From a virus (taxonomy: Duplodnaviria; Caudoviricetes), in IMG/VR virus record IMGVR_UViG_3300030329_002091, positions 1 to 54,714 of that record: a DNA stretch of 54,714 bases. One strand, given 5' to 3'. Under the pieces are notes generated by a model. The model was not told where the DNA came from and made no database searches. It worked only from the letters and a program-made list of their open reading frames with translations. This document shows, one piece after another, positions 37,901-47,128 of this stretch (its first letter is position 1; every line of letters starts with the position of its first letter). The position numbers and the translations under genes are program-made.

Positions 37901-40900
37901 AGAAGAGCAATATGCCTTTGAGTATAATCAAAAATATGGTTGGTTAGACGTGTTTGATTCATATGCCCCATTTATTAGTAGCCCGAAAACACTGTACGAG
38001 ACAAGAACTAGATCAGGTGATAATATAACCACTGATGATGATGATGGTTGGACTGGTGAAGACGGGAGAAAATATTGGACTAGATTCGATAAGGATATGA
38101 ACATAATAGGTCATTACTATGTGGGACCTGATGGTAGATTTAGAGACGTTACAACAGAAGAGGCTAGAGTTTTAAATTTAGATAATCAAGCAACTAAAAT
38201 TCTTGAAAAAGGAGAAATGGAAATTGATTATCAAAATTGGTCTTTAAGAATGTCAACTCAAAATAGTGTTGCCGAAGCCATTAAAATGTTTGGTGTTGCT
38301 AGAATTATGGGTGGACTTGGAACATTTACAAGTGTTAGAATACCTATTTACGGTAAAACTGGTTTAAATATCGCGCCTTCACTTTCATTATGGTATGGTG
38401 TAGAACAATATAGAGATTCTTTTCATCAGTATAAAATGGCTAATCCTTTAGCTACAGACGACCAAGCAAACGAATATGCTTTTTGGAGTGGTATAATTAC
38501 AGGTGTAGCCGCTTCTATTAGTCCAGAATCAGTTTGGTTGATTAAAGGAACAGGAATACCGGCTGTAATGACAAAAGAGCTTCAGAAACTAATGAAAAAA
38601 GGTAAGTTAACAAGGCTTGATGTGTCGCAGTTGATTTTTAGACATATTGGTACTAGAGTCACGTTTGAAGTGGTTCAAGAAATGACAGATTATGTTTTTC
38701 AACAAGTAAACAACTCTGTGCATGATGATATTAATCTAGCTCTTATACAAACTGGTGATTTAAATAGTATGACCAGTTCAAATCAATTTAACGAAGCATG
38801 TGAGATTATAGTACAAACTGCTTATTCTACTACGCTTACCGCTGGTCTTGGAGGTATAAATTCTTTCACTAAACTTGGCACAAACGATAACTTTACTAGA
38901 GCATTATTATATCAATTAAAAAACGGTAGAGTTGATGAGATGTACAAGTGGGTTGATAAGTGGCAAAAAAGTAATAAAATAGATGCTGAGAATGCTCAAG
39001 AGCTTAGAAGGTTGATAAAGTCGGCTAATGATTGGTTTACAAACGTAAATAAAGAAGAGTTTAACAAGAAAACAGAGTACGAACAAATGTTAGCAGCTCA
39101 ACTTTATATTCAAAAAAGAATAATTGATTTAGACATTAAAAAAGAAGGTCTTACAGAAGATCTTAAAAAAGCAAAAGAAGCTAATGATAAAAATATAAAA
39201 AACTTAGAAAGCGGTAAAATACATCTTGCTATGGTACCTAGTATACCGTTTCTTAAAGGACAACAGACAGTAGTTAAGAATATGGACTTTGGTAGTGTTA
39301 GAGGTCTTAATGGTAAAAAATTAGTTGAATTAAAAGATAAAATAGCTTTAATAGAAGCCTTAAAAAAGAGAAAACGAGACGGTGGAAGACTTACAAAAAA
39401 TCAACAAGATATTTTAAATATATATGAAGCTAATATAAAGAAAGTAAAAACAGCCGTTGATCAGAAATTACAAATAGAAGTAGATAGTTATTTAAAAGAT
39501 AAAAATATAACTAACCCTTCTGAAAGAGACAGAAATTTAGCTTTAGCAGAAATACTTAGAAGAAAATTTCATCTAAACGCGATGGATCAAAAAGACAACC
39601 AAAGAAAAGTAGATCATATAAACCAAGTAAAAGAATTAACAGAAGAAGAAAGACAGGAGTGGGAAAACAATCCTATTGTTGATATTACATGGGATCTTAT
39701 AAACACTGAAGATGGTATAGCGTTATTACAAAGTTTATGCAAAACAAGAAACCAAAGAGAAATGCTTTTAAACGCTGTTAGAATAATACAAACAGCCAAA
39801 AGCAACGGTATAGACTTAAATATAAAATTTCATTTTACAGATGCTTCGTACAGAAAAGTACCAGGCACGCATAGAACCAATGGTATAAAAGTAAGTAAAA
39901 AAGGAGAAAATCCTTTAATACATATTAGAGCAAATGGAAAACACGCAAGTCAAGTAGCGATTTCCAGCGACGTATTACACGAAGGTTTTCACGTGTTTTT
40001 AGATTTATTAGAAGCGAAACCTGACGGAAAGGAGTTTGTGAAAAAACTAAGAAGCATAATGTTTGACCATATTAAAAAAGACGAAAGTCTTTCGTTTATA
40101 TTGCGTTTTGCGGACCAATATAGAAATGATTTTGTGGAAAAATATCCTAGAAAACCAGATCAATCAGAAGCGGAATACAATGCCTTTATAGATGATAAGT
40201 TAGCTGACGAAGCTCTTGTAGAGTTTTTAGCAAGAGCAACTTCAGATCACGCAGGAGATGAATCGGTTGACATAAGTGATTTGCAAAAATCTAAAATTAT
40301 ACTTAGTATGAAGAAGTTTTGGAACTATATGGTTCCAGCTTCTAAATGGTCTTTCGATTTAGGTGAAATAGATTTTGACGAAGCGATGTCTTATGCTAAT
40401 CATTTGATTAATGGAGTTAGAAAAGGAAAAGTTGATTTAGAATTAACTGGAGAAGAAGAAGTAGAAGGAGTAGTAAAATCATATCAAAGAAAAGGAAATC
40501 AAATTAACAAATTAGCTGCTGACGATTTTTATGGTAATCTTTTAGAAATACAAGGTTTGTTTGAAGAGGTTATTATAGACATCGCCTCGAGAGATAGAGT
40601 AAGTGAAAAAGGGAATCTTTATAGAATACAGGATTTAGAAGGATATAATGAAGATGCTTTTATGGCAGCAATGTTAAATATTGTAGATGATTATACCTGG
40701 GGTAAATCTGCTTTTGATATAGAAAAAACTTATACTACTGATGAAAATGGTAATCCTGATTTGTTTGCTTATGTTAATACTATATTAAACAAACGTGTGG
40801 CTTACGAAACCGATAAGATGTTAAAACAAGCTCCTGATACTAAGCCTTTTGATCCAACTGTTGGATTGCCTCCATTAGAAGGAACAGTACCAGAAGTAAC

Positions 40901-43900
40901 AGTTACACCAGAAGACGCTGTAGATAATAATGATAATTTAAATTTAGAAGAAGAAAATTTAAATACAACGCCTATAGAAGATAATATTAAAGTTGAAGAA
41001 GAAACTACTTTAGTTGATGTAGAGCAAGAAGGTGAAACAACTACAGAAGAAGTTAGAACAGAAAAAGGTCTTGATCAAACAGTTAAAGATCCTTCTGGAA
41101 ATGATATTACCTATAAGCAAAGAGCTATTAATATTATTAGATCTATATTAGCGACTAAGCTACCGGACTTTACAATTACTGGAACTAAAAATGATAGATC
41201 AACCCCGTTTTTACGTGAACTTCAAAGAGAGTTAGGTAAAGATTTACAATTTGAAACTCAACAATTAATGGGTAAAACAGTTGAAGAATTTACTGTATTT
41301 TTAAATGAAAATAAAGAGTTATTAATATCACAACTACCTGTTACTTATTTAGCTAAAAACATACCAGAGGTAATAGAGAAATTAGTTATACAAGAAGATG
41401 GTACTAAAGTATGGACAACAGATTGGAAGGGTAGAAAAAGAGGTGCTAAACCAGGCAATATTGATTTTTGGAAATCGGAAGATGGTATTGCTTGGAAAGG
41501 TATTACATCTGGCCCTCAAAAAATAAGAGTAAAGAAAGATATAGATTACGATAAAATTGATTTAACAAAAATATTTATACCTGGTGGAAAACAAAAACAA
41601 TCCAAAAAAGAAGGTTTAGCTTTAGCTCTTGGAAAACAAATAGGATTAGAAATTTTTACTAAGCAAATAAGTATAGGTAAACACTTAAACGATAAAATCG
41701 AAGAACTTACATATCTAAAAAATAAAAAACAACTTCAAAACGGTAAACAAACATACGTATTAAGCGAACAAGAAAGAAACGAGTTACAAAGACAAATAGA
41801 CGTACATAAAGAAGCAATAAAAGAAAAGGCTCCAATTTTTGATACTTTTAAAGAAGTTGAAGGTTTACAAAATAGAATTTTACAAGGAAACTTTGTTAAT
41901 GTATTACGAAGAGACATTGAGTCAGGTAATGTTAAACAAAAGAAAATTAGAAGTTTAGATCCTGTACAGTTTGATGGTTTATGGGAAGAGCTTCCAAATA
42001 TTGGTATTCAAATAGCTAAAACAAATAGACGTAATCCTAATAATATTTATAGAATAATAGAAAAGAGTTTAAAAGATAAAGGAGTTTTTTCAGATAAAGA
42101 TATTAAAGAGATTTCTGACGAAATGTTTAATATAGTAAGCATGTATCAAGATTTTACTGAAGAAGGTAAAGACATGTTGAGCTTAGACAACTTTATTAAG
42201 TTTGAAGTGGAAGATAGAAATTTATCTATAGTAATGTCAGAACAATTAGGTCTAATTGATTTAAATGGAAAAACAATTAAATTATCTAATGAGTTTGATA
42301 ATATAGATAACTTAACAGTACAAAGAAGTATACCGTTAGATTTTGCTAGAGATATGATAGAGCAGCAAGGTATGAGTAAACTAGAAGTTGTTACTATGTT
42401 GTTAAAGTACTTTAAGGCTCATTACGCAGGTGCTAGTAAAATAAGTAGAGGTAACTTTGATATAATAGGTGGTTTATTAACGCCTATTATAGATTTTGTT
42501 AAAGGAACGCAAAGATATCAAGCATGTAAGAATGTGAAAGATTATGTTAATAACATAGTAAATGAAATTGATGGTGTCGAAGTTAAAGTTAGCGCTACAG
42601 GAAGAATAACTTCAGTTAAAATAGACGGTGAAAATGTGCCTTTAAGCGTGTTTTCTAGTTTCCCTCAAACTAAGAAAAACCTAAGAAAAAAAGGAACTGA
42701 AGCAAGTAAGGCTGATGCTTTAGGAGCTCAAGACGCGTTAAAGCTATTATTGACTTATGTAAAAGGACAAATAGACGCAGGTTATCTTACTAATAAAGAT
42801 TGGGCGTTGTTGATGATGAGCTTAAAAAGTAACATGAACACTGTGTTAAGAAGATCTGCTATTTATAAGTTTGATCACAATGGAACGTTAAATTCTGATG
42901 ATGTTTTAGAGCACTCTCTTCCAGCAGATAAATTAGTACATATATTAACTGATTTTTATTTAAACCCAGAAACTGAAATAACTGAAGATATGATGGAAGG
43001 GTTATGGGAAAATTATACATCAGCTATAATAACTAAAGAGATGGATAACGTGTTAAAAAACGCTGGTTTTCAAAAATCTATGCCTCCTGGGTGGAAAATA
43101 GGAGATCCTATACATTTACGTTATTACAACCCTGCTACTATAATGCAAGATGGTTTACATTCTATAGTAGATTTAGAATCTGGAGAGGTTATAGGTGAAA
43201 AATACTCTCAAGTTTCAAACATTGGAAATACTCTTAAAGATTCTGAAAATATTAAATTAAAAAACGAAGGTATAAAAAAATCTAGACAAAGAAACCATGA
43301 TTCTAAAGGTATAGCTGTTTTTGATTTAGATGACACTCTTATTAAAAGTAATTCTAAAGTTATAATAAAATACGCAGACGGAAGAATTGTAAAGTTAACA
43401 CCATCTCAATTTGCAGAACAAGGAACAAAATTAAGAGATTTAGAAGAAAATGGAGAGTTAGAATTAGATTATTCAGAGTTTTCTCAGCTTATAGATGTTG
43501 TAGAATCAGAATACATGGCAGATTTAGAGAAAAAATATGGTAAGTATGGAGGTCAAGATATATGGATATTAACAGCAAGACCACACTCTGCGTTTGAAGC
43601 TATATATGAGTACATGAAAGAAAAGGGATTAAAAATAAATATAGTCACACTTCAAGACGGTACAGAACAAGCTAAATTAAACTTTTTCATAGAAAGATAT
43701 GCTGAAGGTTATAATGATTTTTACTTTGCGGATGATCATATAGGCAACGTGGAAATTGTAAAAGAATTTTTAGAGCAATTTGATGTTAAATCTGATATAA
43801 TACAAGCAGAGATAAAAGCTAGTAAAAATATAGATACTAGGTTTAATATTATTTTAGAAGAAAAAACAAATATAAACGCAGAAGAAGTAGTATCAGACGC

Positions 43901-46142
43901 TGAGGCGGTATTAAACGCCGCAAGAGGAAGATGGAGTTTATTTCCTCCTTCTGCTTATGATTTTAAAGATTTTATATATTCTTTCTTGCCAAAAGGAGAA
44001 AAAGGAGAACAAGCAATGAAGTTTTTTGAAGAAACTTTAATAAATCCATATAATAAAGGTGTTCAAGATTTAAATAAAGCTAATATACAATTAAGAAAAA
44101 ATTACAAAGAGTTAATAAAAAATCTACCTGAAATTAATAGGAGTTTACGTGAAAAAATTGGTGAGAGTTATTTTACTTATGACCATGCTATTAGAGTTTA
44201 TTTATGGGTGGAAGTTATGGGAATATCTAAATCAAAAATACCTGGAGTTGATGTTAGTGAAATAGATTTTTTAATCGCAACTGTAAAAAGAGATACAGAT
44301 TTACAAGCTTTTGCCGACGCATTAAGTATAATGTCTCAACAAGTTGATGGTTATGTTAAACCAGGAGAAAATTGGATAGTTGAAAATATAGCTTCAGATA
44401 TATTTAAAATAAGTAGAGAAGGTAATAGAAAAATTCATTTAGCTAAATTTTTAGAAAATAAAGATATAATATTTTCTAAGAAAAACTTAAACAAACTTGA
44501 GAAAGCTTATGGCAAGAAATTTGTTGAAGCTTTAAAAGATATGTTAAGTAGAATGGAATCTGGTCAAAATAGAAAAATGAATCAATCCAGAATAGAAAAA
44601 GCTTGGGATAATTGGATGAACAATTCCGTGGGTGCTATTATGTTTTTTAATATGAGATCTGCTGTTTTACAAACTATATCTTCGTTGAACTACATGAACT
44701 GGAATAATAATAATCCTTTAAAGGCAGCTAAAGCTTTTGCTAACCAACCTCAATATTGGGCTGATTGGTCTTTTTTATTCAATTCTAATTATGTTCAAAA
44801 TAGATTAGAAGCTATGGGGTTTGATCTTCAAGCTGAAGAAATACAAAGAGCAATAGAAGGCAAACAAAATAAAGCTAAAGCGCTTTTAGAATATCTTTTA
44901 AAATTAGGATTTACACCAACTAGAATAGCAGATGCTTTTGCTATTTGTACTGGGGGAGCAGCGTATTATAGAAATCAAATTAATTTTTATTTAACTCAGA
45001 TAGATCCAGATACAGATGAGCTATATACAAAGGAAAAAGCAGAGGAATTAGCTTATTTAGATTTTGTTGCTACGTCTGAAGAATCCCAACAGTCAGCTGA
45101 TCCTTCTAAAATATCTCAACAACAAGCGTCAGGTTTAGGTCGTATTTTACTTTCGTTCAAAAATACACCTATGCAATATATGCGTATAATAAGAAGAAGT
45201 ATAATAGATTTATATTCTGCTAGAGGTGATGTAAAAACTAATTTAGGTAAAATTATATATTATGGAGGTGTGCAAACTTTTCTTTTTACAACTTTACAAC
45301 AAGCAGTTTGGGCCGCTTATGGAGACGAAGAAGAATGGGATGAATCTAAAGATAAGGCTATACAAGGTATGATAGACAACCTTTTAAATGGTCTTGGTAT
45401 TGGTGGAACAATAACTATTACTGTTAAAAACGGTTACTTGGAATATATTGATCAAAAAGGAAGGGAATGGGGCGCTGATCATACTTACACTATATTAGAG
45501 TTTGCTAATTTATCACCTACATTAGGTAGTAAATTAAGAAAATTATATTCTTCTATAAAAACAGAACAGTTAAATGCAGATGTAATAGCAGAAATGGGTC
45601 TTACTATAGAAAACCCAGCTTTTGATGCTCTTGCTAATTTAATATCCGCTTTTACAAACGTGCCTAGTGATAGAATAGTTAGAAAAATAAACAATATAAT
45701 ATTAGCTTCTAGTGATGAGGCTGAGGTTTGGCAAAAAGTCGCGTTATTATTAGGTTGGAGTGCTTGGGATGTTGGTTTAGATACAAAAGCTAAAAAACTA
45801 CAAAAAGAAATTAAAGAAGAAAAAGCAAAAGAAAAAGAAAAACAATCTGAAAAAATAAAACAAAAAAGAATTCAAGATCTTTTAAACGAAGAAGTTTTAC
45901 CTTTAGAAATAGAAGCAGAAAAAAAGGGAGATAAAGGACCTTGGTATTGTCCTCATGTAAAAAAGAGTGGTAGTAGATGTGGGGTTGAAGTTGATAAAGC
46001 CGGTCAGCTTTGTACTTACCATGAAAAGGTACCACAAAACGAAAGCGGTGAAAAAACACAATGTACTTTTATTAGAACCAAAGGAGGTAGATGTGGTAAT
46101 CAAACCTCTGCTAAAAGTGGATTGTGCCCTATACATGATTAA
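34968..46142 (+). CDS. Giant multidomain virion/ejection protein (HExxH motif, HAD-like domain, C-terminal Cys/His fingers)
   Basis: 3724 aa; VLHEGFH; VFDLDDTL...ILTAR...FADD; two C-x9-C-x10-C-x2-H units. Confidence 0.75.
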   Translation: MIQEQELESIIEGMLADGYSEDSPEIQSVIQQFDSEKKIEDAQEQSNKLKKEYNFSENIPLEDKKPTEDQEDQEVISDESVTTETDNEDKVKMSADILPDVNIRAVDKTITTDSPDIDFINDDEIEEKEVKAELAEEDQNFDDIIVDLDFDEIEKEENTEVQKEAIQYNPEMNIKLLDKEEKEEFKVAENKKNSTTQFLNGEYNQEEYVNSKLGDDFDVTLFKRNIGDGWVVYSNLSVATLDPMSWREEKVAPDPLVRTNKNPDDAWEHAYQLGQYWSFTSEDSADAFINSKTDVWDLVQNNEIFNMKDAQNILKGKITSPDKILKYKSPSGPNLELSLFHGARLTPNEFKYYKLDFDSEAGFNEKRNKVIDYTKKTLSFEKKSKNIKKYPETFKDLSDTSIKHLLDGIAFVKQSINGIVGTNENKTIFTLLNSDLYNNEIQVLKDLIEKAIDNPTAENIDNMKTQLDRTANGEDWADIHWYMNMVNVDVSNMRKTTFSTSDTKDWIGSEFMKYSDKVSMDFYTVDNQFLFPGWKDNKKARESAKGLKDFSSYIYAHTNKKFKTPISNDNWERIKKNAGKGNIFLTSKELSYADLWNSPTNNLAWLIGQSGWGVNVTFIINEEAYNNFVNREGHYWYILEGGYRYGDPESFAFQPIGLEAILSILSYGLNREYVIYEDYANRYNKYQEQISKENLYSIIGESGKRVAVNGQKVLNEIEELSNFLGTKDNPNAITEEIKKNIETKTKQLVNLSENNNIKSAHSEYVSKLLEISFKYNLELERYKNTPLLNDDGSVMRFDNGNPVFPKDVEYGENLILAKEKELEALANAESKIAYVEFQEHPDVKNSAELFNYLTSEEVTTFIDTYDLAVRRYNSIVNCRSFQEDLEDLKQLGKATSAQYSIVEAIRLQYIKELDVLENFNEQQALAWDRIAQFSPLGADITKGIFDGVFNRFLGSANEMVSGVFGLFDELDPQDYISVEEQYAFEYNQKYGWLDVFDSYAPFISSPKTLYETRTRSGDNITTDDDDGWTGEDGRKYWTRFDKDMNIIGHYYVGPDGRFRDVTTEEARVLNLDNQATKILEKGEMEIDYQNWSLRMSTQNSVAEAIKMFGVARIMGGLGTFTSVRIPIYGKTGLNIAPSLSLWYGVEQYRDSFHQYKMANPLATDDQANEYAFWSGIITGVAASISPESVWLIKGTGIPAVMTKELQKLMKKGKLTRLDVSQLIFRHIGTRVTFEVVQEMTDYVFQQVNNSVHDDINLALIQTGDLNSMTSSNQFNEACEIIVQTAYSTTLTAGLGGINSFTKLGTNDNFTRALLYQLKNGRVDEMYKWVDKWQKSNKIDAENAQELRRLIKSANDWFTNVNKEEFNKKTEYEQMLAAQLYIQKRIIDLDIKKEGLTEDLKKAKEANDKNIKNLESGKIHLAMVPSIPFLKGQQTVVKNMDFGSVRGLNGKKLVELKDKIALIEALKKRKRDGGRLTKNQQDILNIYEANIKKVKTAVDQKLQIEVDSYLKDKNITNPSERDRNLALAEILRRKFHLNAMDQKDNQRKVDHINQVKELTEEERQEWENNPIVDITWDLINTEDGIALLQSLCKTRNQREMLLNAVRIIQTAKSNGIDLNIKFHFTDASYRKVPGTHRTNGIKVSKKGENPLIHIRANGKHASQVAISSDVLHEGFHVFLDLLEAKPDGKEFVKKLRSIMFDHIKKDESLSFILRFADQYRNDFVEKYPRKPDQSEAEYNAFIDDKLADEALVEFLARATSDHAGDESVDISDLQKSKIILSMKKFWNYMVPASKWSFDLGEIDFDEAMSYANHLINGVRKGKVDLELTGEEEVEGVVKSYQRKGNQINKLAADDFYGNLLEIQGLFEEVIIDIASRDRVSEKGNLYRIQDLEGYNEDAFMAAMLNIVDDYTWGKSAFDIEKTYTTDENGNPDLFAYVNTILNKRVAYETDKMLKQAPDTKPFDPTVGLPPLEGTVPEVTVTPEDAVDNNDNLNLEEENLNTTPIEDNIKVEEETTLVDVEQEGETTTEEVRTEKGLDQTVKDPSGNDITYKQRAINIIRSILATKLPDFTITGTKNDRSTPFLRELQRELGKDLQFETQQLMGKTVEEFTVFLNENKELLISQLPVTYLAKNIPEVIEKLVIQEDGTKVWTTDWKGRKRGAKPGNIDFWKSEDGIAWKGITSGPQKIRVKKDIDYDKIDLTKIFIPGGKQKQSKKEGLALALGKQIGLEIFTKQISIGKHLNDKIEELTYLKNKKQLQNGKQTYVLSEQERNELQRQIDVHKEAIKEKAPIFDTFKEVEGLQNRILQGNFVNVLRRDIESGNVKQKKIRSLDPVQFDGLWEELPNIGIQIAKTNRRNPNNIYRIIEKSLKDKGVFSDKDIKEISDEMFNIVSMYQDFTEEGKDMLSLDNFIKFEVEDRNLSIVMSEQLGLIDLNGKTIKLSNEFDNIDNLTVQRSIPLDFARDMIEQQGMSKLEVVTMLLKYFKAHYAGASKISRGNFDIIGGLLTPIIDFVKGTQRYQACKNVKDYVNNIVNEIDGVEVKVSATGRITSVKIDGENVPLSVFSSFPQTKKNLRKKGTEASKADALGAQDALKLLLTYVKGQIDAGYLTNKDWALLMMSLKSNMNTVLRRSAIYKFDHNGTLNSDDVLEHSLPADKLVHILTDFYLNPETEITEDMMEGLWENYTSAIITKEMDNVLKNAGFQKSMPPGWKIGDPIHLRYYNPATIMQDGLHSIVDLESGEVIGEKYSQVSNIGNTLKDSENIKLKNEGIKKSRQRNHDSKGIAVFDLDDTLIKSNSKVIIKYADGRIVKLTPSQFAEQGTKLRDLEENGELELDYSEFSQLIDVVESEYMADLEKKYGKYGGQDIWILTARPHSAFEAIYEYMKEKGLKINIVTLQDGTEQAKLNFFIERYAEGYNDFYFADDHIGNVEIVKEFLEQFDVKSDIIQAEIKASKNIDTRFNIILEEKTNINAEEVVSDAEAVLNAARGRWSLFPPSAYDFKDFIYSFLPKGEKGEQAMKFFEETLINPYNKGVQDLNKANIQLRKNYKELIKNLPEINRSLREKIGESYFTYDHAIRVYLWVEVMGISKSKIPGVDVSEIDFLIATVKRDTDLQAFADALSIMSQQVDGYVKPGENWIVENIASDIFKISREGNRKIHLAKFLENKDIIFSKKNLNKLEKAYGKKFVEALKDMLSRMESGQNRKMNQSRIEKAWDNWMNNSVGAIMFFNMRSAVLQTISSLNYMNWNNNNPLKAAKAFANQPQYWADWSFLFNSNYVQNRLEAMGFDLQAEEIQRAIEGKQNKAKALLEYLLKLGFTPTRIADAFAICTGGAAYYRNQINFYLTQIDPDTDELYTKEKAEELAYLDFVATSEESQQSADPSKISQQQASGLGRILLSFKNTPMQYMRIIRRSIIDLYSARGDVKTNLGKIIYYGGVQTFLFTTLQQAVWAAYGDEEEWDESKDKAIQGMIDNLLNGLGIGGTITITVKNGYLEYIDQKGREWGADHTYTILEFANLSPTLGSKLRKLYSSIKTEQLNADVIAEMGLTIENPAFDALANLISAFTNVPSDRIVRKINNIILASSDEAEVWQKVALLLGWSAWDVGLDTKAKKLQKEIKEEKAKEKEKQSEKIKQKRIQDLLNEEVLPLEIEAEKKGDKGPWYCPHVKKSGSRCGVEVDKAGQLCTYHEKVPQNESGEKTQCTFIRTKGGRCGNQTSAKSGLCPIHD

Positions 46143-46183
46143 ACAATTTTAAAAACAAGTGATTATATAACAAACTAGTAATA

Positions 46184-46507
46184 ATGACAAAAGAATTAAA
46201 CGAAGACACTACATTTAAATTAAGCGTTAAAACAATGATAGCTTTAGGTTTTGCTATTGCCACTTTAATAGCTGGTTGGTATTCTTTAATGGCTGAAATA
46301 CAAGAAGCAAAAGAACAACCCGTACCTGTAGATGTTACAATAATTAAAGAAGAAATTTTAAAAGAAATTCCTGAGGCTGAAATAACTAGAATGGAATTTG
46401 ATATGAAAGATCAAATGATTAGACAAAGTATTATAACTACTCAACAAGACGTTGAAGAAATTAAAGAATCTATTGAAAAAATAGAAGATAAACTTTATAA
46501 CAGATGA
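46184..46507 (+). CDS. Membrane-anchored coiled-coil protein
   Basis: One transmembrane helix followed by an acidic coiled coil. Confidence 0.7.
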   Translation: MTKELNEDTTFKLSVKTMIALGFAIATLIAGWYSLMAEIQEAKEQPVPVDVTIIKEEILKEIPEAEITRMEFDMKDQMIRQSIITTQQDVEEIKESIEKIEDKLYNR

Positions 46508-46866
46508 TGAAATTTAGCGCTAAATGGAGAATATTCACGGTATACATGTTAGTAATTATACTAACTATATTTGCTAATTCCGCTTTTGGACAAATAACAG
46601 TAAAACATTTTAACGCTGAATGGAACAAAAATAATGGCGTAGATTGGATAATGAATTTAAAAGACTGTCAAACTAAAAGCTATGTTGATATAGGTAAAGA
46701 ACCAGAAGCTCAAAAAAAATACAAAATAGCAGTTGTACCAACAATTATAATATTTAAAGACGGTGAAGAGGTCGCTAGATTTCAAGCTGATTTAAGTTTT
46801 AAATTACTAGCAACAAGAGAAGAAGTACAAGAAGAAATAGACGAACAATTAATGAGTGATTTTTAA
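46504..46866 (+). CDS. Exported thioredoxin-fold protein lacking CxxC
   Basis: Signal peptide; FNAEWN in place of WCxxC; VVPTIIIFKDGEEVAR. Confidence 0.65.
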   Translation: MMKFSAKWRIFTVYMLVIILTIFANSAFGQITVKHFNAEWNKNNGVDWIMNLKDCQTKSYVDIGKEPEAQKKYKIAVVPTIIIFKDGEEVARFQADLSFKLLATREEVQEEIDEQLMSDF

Positions 46867-46867
46867 T

Positions 46868-47128
46868 ATGGCTTTTAAAATGCGAGGTTTTACACCTTTT
46901 ACACAAAAAACAGAAAATCCTTATGGGTGGACAGATTCAGAGTATAAAATAGTTAAAAAAGAAACTATAGATAAACTAAATAAATATAAAGAGTTGTCTA
47001 CTACAAACCCTGATGGACACACTTTAGATTACGGTGAGACTCCAGATGATAATTCAGGTGTTACTAACAAAGTAAAATATAACGAGTTAGTGGACTATGC
47101 TAGAGAAATAAATATAAATTGGCCATGA
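46868..47128 (+). CDS. Isolated leader-family protein (MAFKMRG...TPFTQ); start revised to 46868
   Basis: ATG follows the stop of the previous gene and gives the family leader. Confidence 0.75.
   Translation: MAFKMRGFTPFTQKTENPYGWTDSEYKIVKKETIDKLNKYKELSTTNPDGHTLDYGETPDDNSGVTNKVKYNELVDYAREININWP

Noticed and set aside
34968-46142. Virion RNA polymerase as in crAss-like phages
   Set aside because: I found no DFDID/DxDGD catalytic motif in a plausible context; DLDFDE lies in the acidic low-complexity N-terminus. A structure search is needed to exclude it fully.
519-46152. Numerous short minus-strand and alternate-frame ORFs in the track
   Set aside because: They are shadows of long plus-strand genes, with Phe/Leu/Ser-rich translations typical of the antisense of Lys/Glu-rich genes.
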